A stretch of DNA of 53,930 nucleotides from positions 12,355,662 through 12,409,591 of the forward strand of contig NC_068995.1 of the NCBI RefSeq assembly GCF_001194135.2, written 5' to 3'. The notes beneath the pieces were generated by a model, which had not been told where the DNA came from, did not search any database, and saw only the letters and a list, made by a program, of their open reading frames with translations. The translations under genes and the position numbers were made by a program. This DNA is from Octopus bimaculoides (taxonomy: Eukaryota). This document shows, piece after piece, positions 37,176-53,228 of the stretch (positions are counted from its first letter, which is position 1; each line of letters starts with the position of its first letter).

Positions 37176-38210
37176 CAGTCCAATGACAGAAAGCAGTATA
37201 GGATGAAAGATAAAAGATGAAAATATACATACATGCATACACCTATAAGAACCCATTAACAACCCAATATGAGATCGATATACACATGTGTTGCGTGCAT
37301 CTGCAAATGGCTTTGTTTTGGATTGAGTTGGAAAAGGTGTTTGTGCGCGCTGGTGTGTACGTGAAGCATGTGTAATTCTTTAGTTCAACTACATTTCACC
37401 GGAGCTTTTATTATCGTCTCTTTGAAGATGAACAGCGGTGAGCCCCAGGATGGACACCGGGAGTAGGGAACCAAAGAGCTACTCCATCACTGAAAATTTT
37501 TTGGTAATATTTCAGGTATTAATACGACTAAGTTACGGCTTAAAGAGCCGATTATATTTGTAATATTCCTTTTTTTTTTTTTTTATCACTGGATAAAGCC
37601 ATTCAGCAATTAACAATAGTGTTTTGAGAAACGAAAAAAACCCCTAAATATTTGTTCAGCTAATAGGATAATTTATGGAAAGCTTAAACACATTTCAAGA
37701 ATTATTTTAATGAGTTCAGAAATGCGGAATCCTCATAACTAACCACGATCTATTTTGTGTGCGTCTATGCGTGTGTACGTGTACGTGTGTGTGTGTGTGT
37801 GTAAGTATATGTGTGCGTGTGCGTATGTGTGTGTGTGTGTGTGCGTGCGTGCGTGTTTGTGTTTCAAACAAACAGATTTATTATTTTTCAAGTCACCCTA
37901 CACTGTTCGCTAGGTCATTGTATCTTCCCGGTGTCGTTGTGCCCCGCAAAAGAAGACTTGATAAGCTTTGTATTACTGAAAGGTTTCGTACCAGGTGGTA
38001 CTGTAACTGACAAACTACCTGCAATGTATTCGCCAAGCGATACATATATATGGGGAAATGACATCCGATTTTTCTTTATTTTCTCTGGTTCGCAAGACTC
38101 TCGATGTGGACTCATTTGAAACACTGATTGTGTTGCCTTTACGGATGGTCATTATATAAATAATACGCACCGGATCTGTTTCGTTTCATTATTATTATTA
38201 GTCATTTTTA

Positions 38211-38430
38211 AGGTGGTGAGCTGACAGAATCGTTAGCACTTTGGACGAAATGCTTAGCGGTATTTCGCCGGTCACTACGTTCTGAGTCTAAATTCCGCCG
38301 AGGTTCACTTTGCTTTCCATCCTTTCCGGTTTCATAAATTAAATACCAGTGAAACACTGGGGTCAATGAAATCGAGTGGTGCCCTGCCCCAAATTTAAGG
38401 CTTTCTACCTTTAGTAGACAATATTATTAC
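38211..38430 (+). mobile_element. Full-length SINE family B
   Basis: ggtggtgagctgacagaatcgttagc head, ttctgagtctaaattccgccgagg B-box region, core, and tttagtagacaatattatt tail. Confidence 0.88.
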
Positions 38431-38776
38431 TCATTTCGTTAACATTTAACTGAATAACTGATTGTTTACCTAGGTGATTTTTTGAACACACGATTAATCA
38501 CTCAGTTTATTAGTAAATTGTTTAATGTTAGCGCATTTACTACTACTGATAAAAGAAGTGAAATAGAACCAGTGTGTGTATTAATAATTGGTTTAATGGC
38601 CCTCTCAAAATGCAACAATGTTATGAGATTTGTTGAAAAGAAAACAGAGCTTGCTAATGTTTTATAAATACAAGGAATAGTTTTTCTCACACGTATTACA
38701 TATCTAGTTCATCGTAAAACAATCATAATGAGGCTCTTTGAATAAGATGAACGAATAAGGTTAACTTTAAATAAGT

Positions 38777-39030
38777 TCTTCCTTCCTCCTTCCCGAGTCA
38801 TATAGACTCATAGGGCCGGTTTCTCTGAATTTGTGGTGAATATATTCCCCACCTGGGCAGGGCGCCGCTCCGTCGCACCATTACTCATTTTTGCAATCTG
38901 AGTGGACAGGAGCAACGTGAAATGAAGTGTTGTACTCAAGAATACAATGTGTTACCTGGTCCAGGAACTGAAACCACAATCTTACAATTATGAGTCCAAC
39001 ATCCCTAACCATTAAGCCACAGGCCTCCAC
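38777..39030 (-). mobile_element. Full-length tRNA-derived SINE family C
   Basis: Minus strand begins GTGGAGGCCTGTGGCTTAATGGTTAGG (A box), has a GTTTCAGTTCC B-box-like motif, the cttgagtacaacacttcatttcacgttgc body, and a (GGAA)-like tail. Confidence 0.82.
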
Positions 39031-39356
39031 TTTTGAATAAGCTAACGAAAAACAATTCTCTCTGCGAAAATGAAGTTCAAACTTATTATTTAGCCAAATA
39101 CGGAGATTACCTTAGGTCTAACAGTCTAAGAGTATATCTCTAGGTTAACTAGAATGGTTAAACGCATGGCTTGGAAATAATGTGCAGCATTTGTAACATT
39201 AAAAAGACATTTACAGTGCTACCAATGAGTTATTATTTAATTTTAATGTTTCAGTCATTGGACTTCAGCCAATGATAACCCGAAGGTGCATGGTTCTGTG
39301 GTTACAGTGTCAGGCTCACAATGATGCGGTAGTGATTGTGAGCATGATTGTGAGGC

Positions 39357-39404
39357 TGACACCTGATGAAGACTGGAGGGTATATCAGCCGAAACGTTGT
39401 GTTA
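39357..39404 (+). ncRNA. Minimal type I hammerhead ribozyme motif
   Basis: Stem I TGACAC/GTGTTA (one G-U); core CTGATGA-A; stem II GACTG/CAGCC (one A-C mismatch) with a 10-nt loop; GAAA-C; palindromic stem III AACGTT; predicted cleavage 3' of GUU at 39398. Confidence 0.72.
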
Positions 39405-39490
39405 ACAACAAACAAGATGAGGACAAATATCCGTTAAATGTGAATAATGTAAATAATGTACATAATTCCTCTTCTATTAAATATAGAACT
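39357..39490 (+). mobile_element. Penelope-like element pseudo-LTR fragment
   Basis: Hammerhead of the Penelope type followed by an AT-rich stretch (gtgaataatgtaaataatgtacataattcctc). No RT or GIY-YIG ORF adjacent, so the assignment rests on the ribozyme architecture. Confidence 0.55.
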
Positions 39491-39649
39491 GCAATGTTAT
39501 CCTGCCTCCTCGCTTTTATGGTTCTGCTTGCTTGCCTATTTTATCTTGACTTGTGTCTTGGTTTGGCTAACTCTTTGCACAAGGCATGTAATTAGTCCGT
39601 AGCCTCCTTATAGGTTCTCAATAATTGAAATCTATTTTATTATGACGAC

Positions 39650-40555
39650 AGTCATTATCATACTTCTAATCATAAGCAATCAATCAACAGCAGCACCACG
39701 ACCACCTCTACCACCACCACCACTATTATTATCATCATCTACATTATCATCGTCAACATCATCAACATCATCATCACCATAAACGTCATGATTAGCGACA
39801 GCATCAGCATTACTTTTAGCTCGCTCTTTTACCTGCTTGTCTTTCTCTCACTCTTCCTCCTCCATCTTCTCTACCTCTTCCCCTCCATCATCATCACTGT
39901 CATCATCATCATCACCATCGTCATTATCATCATCATCATCATCGTCATCATCATCATCATGACCAACATCATCATCAAATTCATCGGCATTATTCTCACC
40001 GTCTTCATCATCAGCATCATGGTCAACATCATTATCATCGACATGATCATCATCAACATGATCATCATCATTATCATCATCAACATGATCATCATCATCA
40101 TCATCATCATCATTATCATTGTCATAGATACATTATAATCAACATCAGCTTCAACATCGTCATGACCATCATCATCATCATCATCATCATCNNNNNNNNN
40201 NNNNNNNNNNNNNNNNNNNNNNNNNNNNNNNNNNNNNNNNNNNNNNNNNNNNNNNNNNNNNNNNNNNNNNNNNNNNNNNNNNNNNNNNNNNNNNNNNNNN
40301 NNNNNNNNNNNNNNNNNNNNNNNNNNNNNNNNNNNNNNNNNNNNNNNNNNNNNNNNNNNNNNNNNNNNNNNNNNNNNNNNNNNNNNNNNNNNNNNNNNNN
40401 NNNNNNNNNNNNNNNNNNNNNNNNNNNNNNNNNNNNNNNNNNNNNNNNNNNNNNNNNNNNNNNNGATTTATTTTGCAGATGTAACAACATTTTAGCTGTT
40501 GTATTGTCAAATTTTACTGTTATTTTATTATGCTTTTTCACTGTAAAAAATATCA

Positions 40556-40613
<58 letters not shown>

Positions 40614-40724
40614 CATTAGTTTATTATTGTTGTTCCTGCTGATCTTGTTGTTACTGTTATTATTATTATTGTTATTATTTTTATTTTTATTTTCATTATA
40701 ATTATTATTATTATTATTATTATT

Positions 40725-40763
<39 letters not shown>

Positions 40764-40826
40764 GCTTTTATTATTATCATTATCATTAGTTTATCATTGT
40801 TGTTCCTGCTGTTTTTGTTGTTAATA

Positions 40827-40885
<59 letters not shown>

Positions 40886-40997
40886 TCATTATTGCTGTTG
40901 TTGTTGTGTCTGTTGTTTTTGTTATAATCTATTATCATTATCATCATCATCATCATCATCATTATTATTATTATCATTATCATTATTATTATTATTA

Positions 40998-41050
<53 letters not shown>
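39650..41050. repeat. (CAT)n / (ATT)n / (GTT)n low-complexity block spanning a gap
   Basis: Read directly; includes an approximately 60-bp local duplication (tatcattagtttat.attgttgttcctgctg) at about 40611 and 40781. Confidence 0.93.
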
Positions 41051-41051
<1 letters not shown>

Positions 41052-41468
41052 GAATTCTTAATTCTTAAATTATTTGCTCTCTTTCTTTGTATATGGCGGA
41101 TATTTATATCGCTCTAAATTTCAGACTAGTTGACTTTTGACTTAAACGTACATTATTTAAAACTTTAACTGCGTTTTAGAATAAATACTTATATGTATTT
41201 CATTACATGATTAATTACTAGACGTGTCAAAACACACCAATATATTTCTATCAGCGCATTTAAGTTGTTTTTATGTAGATTTATTTCTGTTGCACAGAAA
41301 TATTAACGCAACAGTGTATATACATGCGCACACTCATACATACATACGCAAACACATAGACACACTCAGACACATACATACACACACACTCATACACATA
41401 ACTATATACATATCTAAATTGCTTGATGTGCGTGAGTGTTTACATATGCATATCTTCTTATATATGTA

Positions 41469-41515
<47 letters not shown>

Positions 41516-41527
41516 ATACATATATAG

Positions 41528-41559
<32 letters not shown>

Positions 41560-41896
41560 AAACAAACAAACTTAGATAATACTTATTTATGTAAGTATAT
41601 AACTAAATATATGTAGAACATTTATGCAAATTACAGTTATATATGTGTGTGTATATATATATATATGTGTGTGTGTGTGCGTTTGTGTGTGTGTGTGCAT
41701 CTGTATTATGCAAATAATCATAAATATGCATATATTTCAATTTATATAGATATGTACGGTGACTGCCATGCATGAATTTCTACATAAGTGTATCAACACA
41801 TATATTTGTATTCATATATACGTATTCATACATATGTATGAATTTCTGTGTGTATGTGTGTGTGTGTGTGTATGTGTATAGATAGAGACATGGATT

Positions 41897-41956
<60 letters not shown>

Positions 41957-41970
41957 TAGATATAGATTCT

Positions 41971-42002
<32 letters not shown>

Positions 42003-42547
42003 TAAGTAGACATAAATGTGAATACATATATCGAATTATATGTATACATACACATACATACACGCATATATATATGTATGTATATATAAGTTTACATATA
42101 TATATATATACACATGCAAAATGCATATACGAACATATCTATGCGTGTATTTATGCAGATGTATTTTCGTATGCTTGTGTGCTTTTGTGCGTGTGTGCAT
42201 GTGGTGTGTGCGTGTGATTGTGTCTGTGTGCGCGTGTATTACATATTTATGTAAAAACATGAAGAAATATTTACAGTGTAAACAAGAAGGAAAAGAGTAC
42301 TGTACACTGGAAGGAAAATGTCAAACTCTATTAAAATTGAAATTTGAAATTTCAGGACTCTGCGTTTCACGTCTTCGATCCTCTCGCTAAGTTTGAGCAA
42401 CGACACAAGTAAGTGTTAATAAGAATATCTAGATAATGGAATCAAAACAAATATAAAGCATTTTATTGCACGCATCCGCAGAGAATACTGTTGATTTGAT
42501 ATATTTGCTAAAAGAATAACAAATATCTAATTCAAACAGAAGTAATT

Positions 42548-42604
<57 letters not shown>

Positions 42605-42611
42605 TTGTTTG

Positions 42612-42646
<35 letters not shown>

Positions 42647-43033
42647 GTATCTATGTATGTATATATAATGGTATAATTCACTCATACTGATTGTAGATCT
42701 TTTAAGCCATAAACAAGAATAATATTTTCGTTCACGTTCAAATAAAAATCACGAGATGAGTAAGAGAGTAAATGGGTAATAGAATATGCAGTGAGACAAA
42801 AAAATCGTTAACTCTCAAAATGCTATCGGAACTAAGTTACCATTCATAAAATAACCAACGAAAAGGGAAGAGATGGGTAAAGAACAAACACAAGAATTAA
42901 GTGAAAATGAACGCTAAGATAATATAATCTTTTGCTACGTCCCGTTTACAATTTCTTATTGCAGATCCCTCCTCAGAAGATTATACACTAAATATTTTGC
43001 ACAATGCAGGCATTTGCAATGAATCTTGTGCGC

Positions 43034-43069
<36 letters not shown>

Positions 43070-45994
43070 NNNNNNNNNNNNNNNNNNNNNNNNNNNNNNN
43101 NNNNNNNNNNNNNNNNNNNNNNNNNNNNNNNNNNNNNNNNNNNNNNNNNNNNNNNNNNNNNNNNNNNNNNNNNNNNNNNNNNNNNNNNNNNNNNNNNNNN
43201 NNNNNNNNNNNNNNNNNNNNNNNNNNNNNNNNNNNNNNNNNNNNNNNNNNNNNNNNNNNNNNNNNNNNNNNNNNNNNNNNNNNNNNNNNNNNNNNNNNNN
43301 NNNNNNNNNNNNNNNNNNNNNNNNNNNNNNNNNNNNNNNNNNNNNNNNNNNNNNNNNNNNNNNNNNNNNNNNNNNNNNNNNNNNNNNNNNNNNNNNNNNN
43401 NNNNNNNNNNNNNNNNNNNNNNNNNNNNNNNNNNNNNNNNNNNNNNNNNNNNNNNNNNNNNNNNNNNNNNNNNNNNNNNNNNNNNNNNNNNNNNNNNNNN
43501 NNNNNNNNNNNNNNNNNNNNNNNNNNNNNNNNNNNNNNNNNNNNNNNNNNNNNNNNNNNNNNNNNNNNNNNNNNNNNNNNNNNNNNNNNNNNNNNNNNNN
43601 NNNNNNNNNNNNNNNNNNNNNNNNNNNNNNNNNNNNNNNNNNNNNNNNNNNNNNNNNNNNNNNNNNNNNNNNNNNNNNNNNNNNNNNNNNNNNNNNNNNN
43701 NNNNNNNNNNNNNNNNNNNNNNNNNNNNNNNNNNNNNNNNNNNNNNNNNNNNNNNNNNNNNNNNNNNNNNNNNNNNNNNNNNNNNNNNNNNNNNNNNNNN
43801 NNNNNNNNNNNNNNNNNNNNNNNNNNNNNNNNNNNNNNNNTATATATATGAGAAAGAGCACACACATATCATTCATGATTAGTGATTATGTTTAAGTGTA
43901 TTTAGTGAAGTAAATTTAAGAATTTAGATTGTTTCTGCTCTCACCCTGCTTACAAGATCACACGAAAACAAGAATAGAACAAATCATATTAAAATCGTCG
44001 CCATATGTTACTCCAAATTTTCGAAGGTTTCTTGAGAATCCTCATGAAATTTGCTTGTTATAGTTGCCTTTACAACGTAGATATAACATTTATAATTCAT
44101 ACAGTCTCAATGCCGACTTTTTGTCAAGAGCCTTCACTGAGTTCTATTTCGCTACATTATAGCAAATAACTAGCAAGGAAGTTTCCATTTAAATATTTAA
44201 TAGATCACTTACTACAGTTTAGACAATCAAGAGTGCATTCGCTGGCCGCTTAATATTGTTTCATTGATAAGTTGTATTAATTGACGTAACTGGCAACATT
44301 TTTGCAATAAATGTAGAGGCTAGAATATATCTTAATTCACATAAGAAATTCTTTGGCTATGTTTGAATGAACATTCCACCTAGAAGCTGCATTATACCAC
44401 AGAGTATTCATATATCTCTCTCTGAGATTGGAAACTAAATGTTTTGATATATAGCGTATTTTATCGAAAATCCACTATACTTTGTTATAAAATACAATAG
44501 ATTTCATGAGAGTATATACATCAGAGAAAAACCATGATGTACGTCAGTTAATAATAGACACAAAACTTGGGATAATATATAATAGTTGATTGAAACATTT
44601 ATTAATATAAAATAATCTCTCGTTAGGCGTATGTTAATGGAAAATTTAATTAGCGTCTAAATTCAATTCTATGTCTAGAAAATTAATTTTTGAAAGGTTA
44701 CTCTCAACAGTAATAAAATTATCTGTGGAAAATGAAAATCGTGACTATTAGTATTTCACAAGCAAAATAATCCATCATTACCGTTAATCCCTCCACCCAA
44801 AATGAAGACTTTTTCAAACAATAAATTTAAAGTATAGAAAGAAGGATTCCACACACATCGCCCTAGTCAAGCTAACCTATATTTACATCATTCAAACGCT
44901 GTATTCTCTTTTTTTAGTCAAGCTGCATTTTCAGAAAGACGTGAGATCTTCCAGTAAAGAGAATATTCTTACAAACGGAGGATATAGCTTGCAACATTTG
45001 TGCCTTGGTGACAGAGTTAAAATCCACAATATTGAACAGAAAATTAAACCACACTTGTTTTCATATTACGATTTCATTTCATCACCAACAATCTGTTAAA
45101 GACCTTGTGTAAATAGGGAACAGTTTTTATTTCAAACATGTTATGTTAAAGGTACATATGTTGTTATTATGATTTTATTATAAATTTGTAATTGATTTTA
45201 AATCGATTACTCCCTTATTTTTGAGAAATTCACGGCATTAAGTAAGAAAGGAAGTTGTAATATTTGATTCACGATGACTTGCAGCTGTTGTGTTTAGTAC
45301 TAAAAAGATAGAAAATACACAATATCAGTTTAGTTACAACCTATATCTTTGTTTGAAAAAATATAGTGATGAGTTTATAAAATAATGCTTTGGTTATGAT
45401 GCTTGCTGGTGGAAGTTTATTTCATTGGGTAACTACAGTATAGACTGTGTCTTGTATTTGTGGGTTGTTTTGTTTAGCTTTTATTATTGAATTGACACTG
45501 TCTAGCGTAGGATGCGGGTTGTTCTTCGGAGGGCTATTATTATTATTATTATTACTGTTGTGGTTATTATCATTCCTGACATACTGAGCTTGTTGCAAGA
45601 AGTGTATGTTGTTTTCTGGATGTACTGTGTTTTCATTTTTATGCCTTACATTTCCAACTCCCTCTTATCTTCTTCGCTCGCTCTTACTAGGGCACCAGCA
45701 ACTATTGCCATGATATACACCTTTTCCACTGTCGTTTTTGTTATTCCTATTATTATTGTTGCTATTAATGGGCTTTTTTTCCTTCACCGTTTTCCACGAC
45801 CCAACTGCACTTAAGATAGGATATTTATCGAGCTTATTATTTTGTTTCTTTTTTTCCCTACGATTTTCTACGTTATTTGTCTCATTATATATGCTAGTGT
45901 AATGCGGTGCCCTATATATCTTCTTTGCTGCGAATGTGTGTTTAATGCATATATCTGCACAAATGTAACAAATGCCTTCTTAGAGTACGCAACA

Positions 45995-46055
<61 letters not shown>

Positions 46056-46061
46056 ATATAT

Positions 46062-46103
<42 letters not shown>

Positions 46104-46424
46104 CATTCAATTCTTTCCAAGATGGTGGATCTGACAAAATGATTGATCACATATTTACAGATGAGTGTCCTTATAATACTGGTCAATACTGGGTTGGGGC
46201 TACAGGCGAAAAGGCTAACTGGTATTAGAGAGGCAGATCAAAGGTTTTTGCAGGTCATTCTTTCTCTAGATGTCTTTTCTTCTCTGTTCTTTCTTCCCCA
46301 TTATTTTTTTTTTCATCTGAGAGGACTTTTCTATACACCATTATTTCTAATGTTAGAATTAGTTCACAAACTTGCTGAGAATAACACGTAATCATTATTG
46401 CGATGCCAAGTTTTCCATAGAGTC

Positions 46425-46458
46425 TAGTAGTAGTAGTCGCAGCAGTAGCAGTAGCAGT

Positions 46459-46542
<84 letters not shown>

Positions 46543-46543
46543 G

Positions 46544-46602
<59 letters not shown>
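46425..46602. repeat. Compound (AGC)n-(AGT)n-(GGT)n-(AGT)n microsatellite
   Basis: Read directly. Confidence 0.97.
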
Positions 46603-46647
46603 CCTTTCTCCTATAGGAACAATGCCTGAAATTTGTGGGGACGGGAT

Positions 46648-48416
<1,769 letters not shown>

Positions 48417-48419
48417 CGT

Positions 48420-48480
48420 AGCAAAATACCGTTAAGCGTTTCGTCCAGCGTGCTAACGATTCTGCCAGCTCGCCGCCTTA
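48420..48480 (-). mobile_element. SINE family B head fragment
   Basis: gtgctaacgattctgccagctcgccgcctta. Confidence 0.8.
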
Positions 48481-49427
48481 CGGACTACAATGATATCAAA
48501 AGGATTCTTGAATATTGTCTTAATAGGAAAATACATCTCTCATTAACCTGGGCAGACTAAGCGAAGGCCTTTAATAGTCTTCTTCACGGGTAGATAAAAG
48601 AATATTTGGAGATGTTCAAAATTTCACTAGTAATCAATAATGTTGTATGTCACACCATGGAACTCTGGAAAACGGCATTAATTCTCAACACTCTCACGAC
48701 AAATATAAACGCTAGACAACCAATCTTAAAATATGTTAAAGCTTCATAATGTACTTCAGTAGCAATAATGCGCAAACACTGTAGATCCGATAAAAACAAC
48801 ACAGACAGCTTAGAACCCGGATGCAATTTCAAATCTACTCAAAGTCGTCTACATACAGTCGTCAAAATAGTGTGTAGCTTAAGTAATAGGATTAGTTCAA
48901 TTATTAAATCCCAACCAGGGTTCAAATGTTGTTTCCTGTACGACATATTCATCATTAACAATGGTGAAGGAAAACGAATTTCTATAGAATATTTCTGAAA
49001 GCATGTGTCGAAGTAAATCTTATCGACTGCAATAAACAAAGTTACATTACACAATCTGGTTTTCATATGAATGAAAAAAACAAAAAAACAAGATGGTTCC
49101 GACTAGGGTTGCCTTTGATTACGACTCGTCTCAATTGCAATTGACCTGGGATTCAACAGCAACAACGACTATAACACAACATAACAAAGCTATGCACTTT
49201 ATAGTTTTGAGTGCATTTCTTACCGAGGACAAACAATAAACTCAGAAAAATGCAATATTGTACTATAGGAAGAAAATAAAATACAAACGTTGAGTATATT
49301 ATGTCAAGATTCCGCTTAAGTGTTAAGTTGTAATCCAAACACTTAAACGTAAAAACGTAATGCCGTAAACGATCGATTCCTTGAACAATTGCCATCATAC
49401 TGAAATCGTACTTGTAAACACCTTTTG

Positions 49428-49505
<78 letters not shown>

Positions 49506-51479
49506 GCGTGTATGTGTGTGTGTGTATATATATATATAAATGTATGTATGTGTATACAGTCGTTGCCTGTGCTTTACATTGTTATACTTTAAATATTTCA
49601 ACAAGCATTACAACACTATCAATATACCTTTGTGTGCTTAGATCGAGCTTTTTATTCTCTCGTGGCTCACGATACCGTAAGCATCTTAATTTTGAATCTA
49701 GCCATCTATGCTTTTTTCCATAAGCTTCGAACGAAACGAACACAATTCCCCCATCATGTATGACTTCTAAAGGTTGCTATTACCGGATCCAGGAAATGAA
49801 GTTTCCTCAATAAAGAACGGAACGAATTAAATTCCCAAAAGTGACATTTTTACAAGCCGGACTTATAATGAACAACTCTCTACAAATAGTTCTGTTGGGT
49901 TTCGGTAATAAAGAACCAAACGAAATTTACAGTAACTTCAATGCAGTTTATGGACCATAAAATCGAAATCATTATGGAATAGACACTCTGCTTCTCCATA
50001 GAAATACTGTCATCAAAGACATATAACTAAAGAATTTTAAGCTTTACAATATGTGCTTAGTCTTTTTTTTTTCTTTTCTTTGTTGTTGTTCTAACTGTCT
50101 GTTCTTTATGCCTTTCCTACATGTCTCATATATGATTATTTCCTTGCAGTGTAGATAGCAATAACTACAATATTCCTATCAATCAATTCTTGGTAAAGCT
50201 TTTTTTGTGTGTGTATGTATGTGTTTCTTCAGTATAAATTTTGAACCTAACTAAACTTAGGAAATAATAGGAATCATAAAAGACGTTTCCCAGAAAATCT
50301 TCAATGACATTCAAGTAAATGACATCTATGATAAAATCTCCGCTTTACCAATACCTTGTAAGCACGTTGCCGCCATTCTTTTGAAGAGGGGCAAATCAAT
50401 GGGAAAGAAAGAAAAGAAAATAAAGAAAAAGTAATACAGCAAATAAAACGAAGAATAAAAATGGAAGCTCAACTACATTTGTCATTTAGGAGAAACGAAG
50501 GATTTGCAGTCATTAATGAACCATCATAACGCCAATCATATTAGATGTGGCGTTTGAAATTGCTTTCCCCCCCCAGATATGTCCGGCTTTCCTGATTGAC
50601 GTTCTAATCAGAATTTGCAAAAAGATCTTTAAAGATGGCGACACTGTTACGTCTCTTAGCGAACCTCATTGACCAAAGAAATATCGCTCGCAGAATCAAG
50701 AGAGGATAGCAGCATCAACTGTGGCGGCAGTAACTGATTCCAAGTGAATGAAACACAAATACCCATATGAGTTGAAAGTTATGAAAACAAAAAAAAAGAT
50801 GAATTAGTAAAGACATAGACACAATTTTAAGGGGTTTCTCCCATAATGATTGTATCGTTTTGTTAAACAAAGGTTTATTTGTGCATTTATTTCTGTAATT
50901 CTGTTTCTTCTTTGTGCTTTATTTATTCCTATTTTGAGTTGGTATCATTTACTTAAGCATTTTACATCCCATTTATGAAAATGTAAGACGATAGCCTAGC
51001 CATAGCATGAGACAAATGACTAATGGTTATCAAACTGTAGACCTTCTCGTTATTTAGTATCAAACGTACGTTTGCTGTTATTTATATTATTATTGTTTTC
51101 CTTTCTGCGTTGTATCTTTTACGACAAACTTATTAGCCGAACTACGCTTCTTTAACCAATAGAGCATATGTAGGAACCTATATGTGGTCGCTCGAACTGC
51201 TGGAAATAGTAGCTAGATGTCGCTCTCCCAAATCAATTCCTGTCATGGAAGAAGACATAGATATCTATAAAAAACAGTTTTGGTCTGTTCTGCCAGGGTT
51301 AGTTTAACAATAACAACAACGATAATGATTTGTTTATTTAATGTTGTTTTGATGTACTACTCAGTCGATGTCCATTTCTTTGATTTTTCTCTTTGTCATA
51401 TTTTTCTCTTTGTCACCGACACCTATTCTTTCAAGCTTCCTAGAAATTGTTCTTCATTTAGGTATAAGAACTAAGAACT

Positions 51480-52575
51480 GTTAGGGAATCGTTGGTTACA
51501 TCAACTCCAATACTTGACAAGTGGGTCATTTTATGGACCCCAAAAGGCTGAAAGGCGAAAATGACATGCAGGAGATTTGACCTCAAAGCGTAAATCTTAC
51601 AAATAATTGTTTATAAACGCCTTCAAGGAATGGTGGGAGTTAGCTGGTACTGTTGACCCTAGTATCTAAATTCTCATTAAATTTATCGATCATGGAGGGA
51701 TGAAATGTAAATTGACCTCGGTATTTGAATGTATTGCGTCGGAAGAAATATATTTTCTACTATAGACACGGGGCCTGGAATTACTAGAAAGGGGGTTTGT
51801 CGATCACATCGACCTCACTGATCAACTGGTACTTATTTTATCGACCCCGATATAATGAAAGGCAAAGTCGACCTGAGTGGAATTTGAAGTCACAACGTAA
51901 AGACTGACGAAGTGCCGTTAAACATTTTGTTCGGTGTGCTAATGGTTCTGCCTGCCTGCCGCATTAGAACCGGAAAAAATATCGTAAGTGCAGCAAAAAT
52001 TCTATTAATACGCTGCCTTGCCAATCTTCATAGTAACGATAGGTTTCTGGTCTAGGCACAACGCCAGCAATTTATGGAGAGGTGTTAGTCGGTATCATTG
52101 ACTGGAGTACTTGACTGGAGAGTATTTTATCGACCTCGAAAGGTTGAAAAACAAAATGGCCTGAGCGAGAACTGAACTCAGATTATAAAGAGGCGGAAGA
52201 AATGCCGCTAAGCATTTACGCTCGCGTTCTAACACATCTACCAACTCAAAGTCTTACGTCTGGTATTAATCCCTTCTACTATAAACACAAGGCCTGAAAT
52301 GTTTTAGGGGAGGGGATTAGATGATTACATCGACCTTACTGCTTCACAGGTACTTATTTTATCAACCCTGAAATGACGAAAGACATTGTCACCTCGACAA
52401 AATTTGAATTCGAAACGCCAAGACGGATGAAATGTCGCTCAGTGACACTTCGTCCGGCATGCTTACGATATTGCCAGCTCCCTTCTGTTGTTACTGCTCG
52501 CAATAATGCTTTCAAATTTTGGCTCAAAACCAGCAATTTCGGGAGAAGAAGTAAGCCGATTACATCGTTTGTGTT
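51480..52575 (-). mobile_element. Head-to-tail cluster of about six SINE family B copies
   Basis: Copies at about 51480-51600, 51630-51750, 51752-51963, 52035-52250, 52262-52484 and 52500-52575 (tail only), recognised by the tactta.tttatcgacc core or the tail motif. Confidence 0.8.
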
Positions 52576-52821
52576 CCAAACAACAACTTAATAATCCACA
52601 GGAGAATTCTCTGTAATTTTTTTAATTAATTGAAAGAAAATTAAAATTAATGCATTTCATAGAAAATTTTGTAACAAACAGGGTTAAAAGGTAATTACAT
52701 GAAAAGAATAGACGCGGCATCGTTAAATGTTTTTCCTCGCAATCAGGAGATGCTGGTTCCATCCCACTGCATAACATCTCTGCGAAATTCATACTGAGAG
52801 AGAATTGAACTAAGAATGTTA

Positions 52822-53228
52822 CACTTTTACTCTTTTACTTGTTTCAGTAATTTTACTGTGGCCATGCTGGAGCACCGCCTTTTTAGTCGAGCAAATCGAC
52901 CTCAGGACTTATTCTTTGGAAGCCTAGTATTTATTCTATCGGTCTCTTTTGCCGAACCGCTAAGTTACGGGGACGTAAACACACCAGCATCGGTTGTCAA
53001 GCGATGTTGAGGGGACAAACATAGACACACAAAGATATACATACACACATATATATACATATATACGACCGGCTTCTTTCAGTTTCCGTCTACCAAATCC
53101 ACTCACAAGGCTTTGGTCGGCCAGAGGCTATAGTAGAAGATACTTGCCCAAGGTGCCACACAGTGGCACTGAACCCTGAACCATGTGGTTGGAAGGCAAG
53201 CTACTTACCACACAGCCACTCCTGCGTT
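52822..53228 (-). mobile_element. Young full-length SINE family A with a short internal CA/TA tract
   Basis: Near-identical to the reverse complement of 10262-10784 outside the microsatellite; A and B boxes at the right end. Confidence 0.92.
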
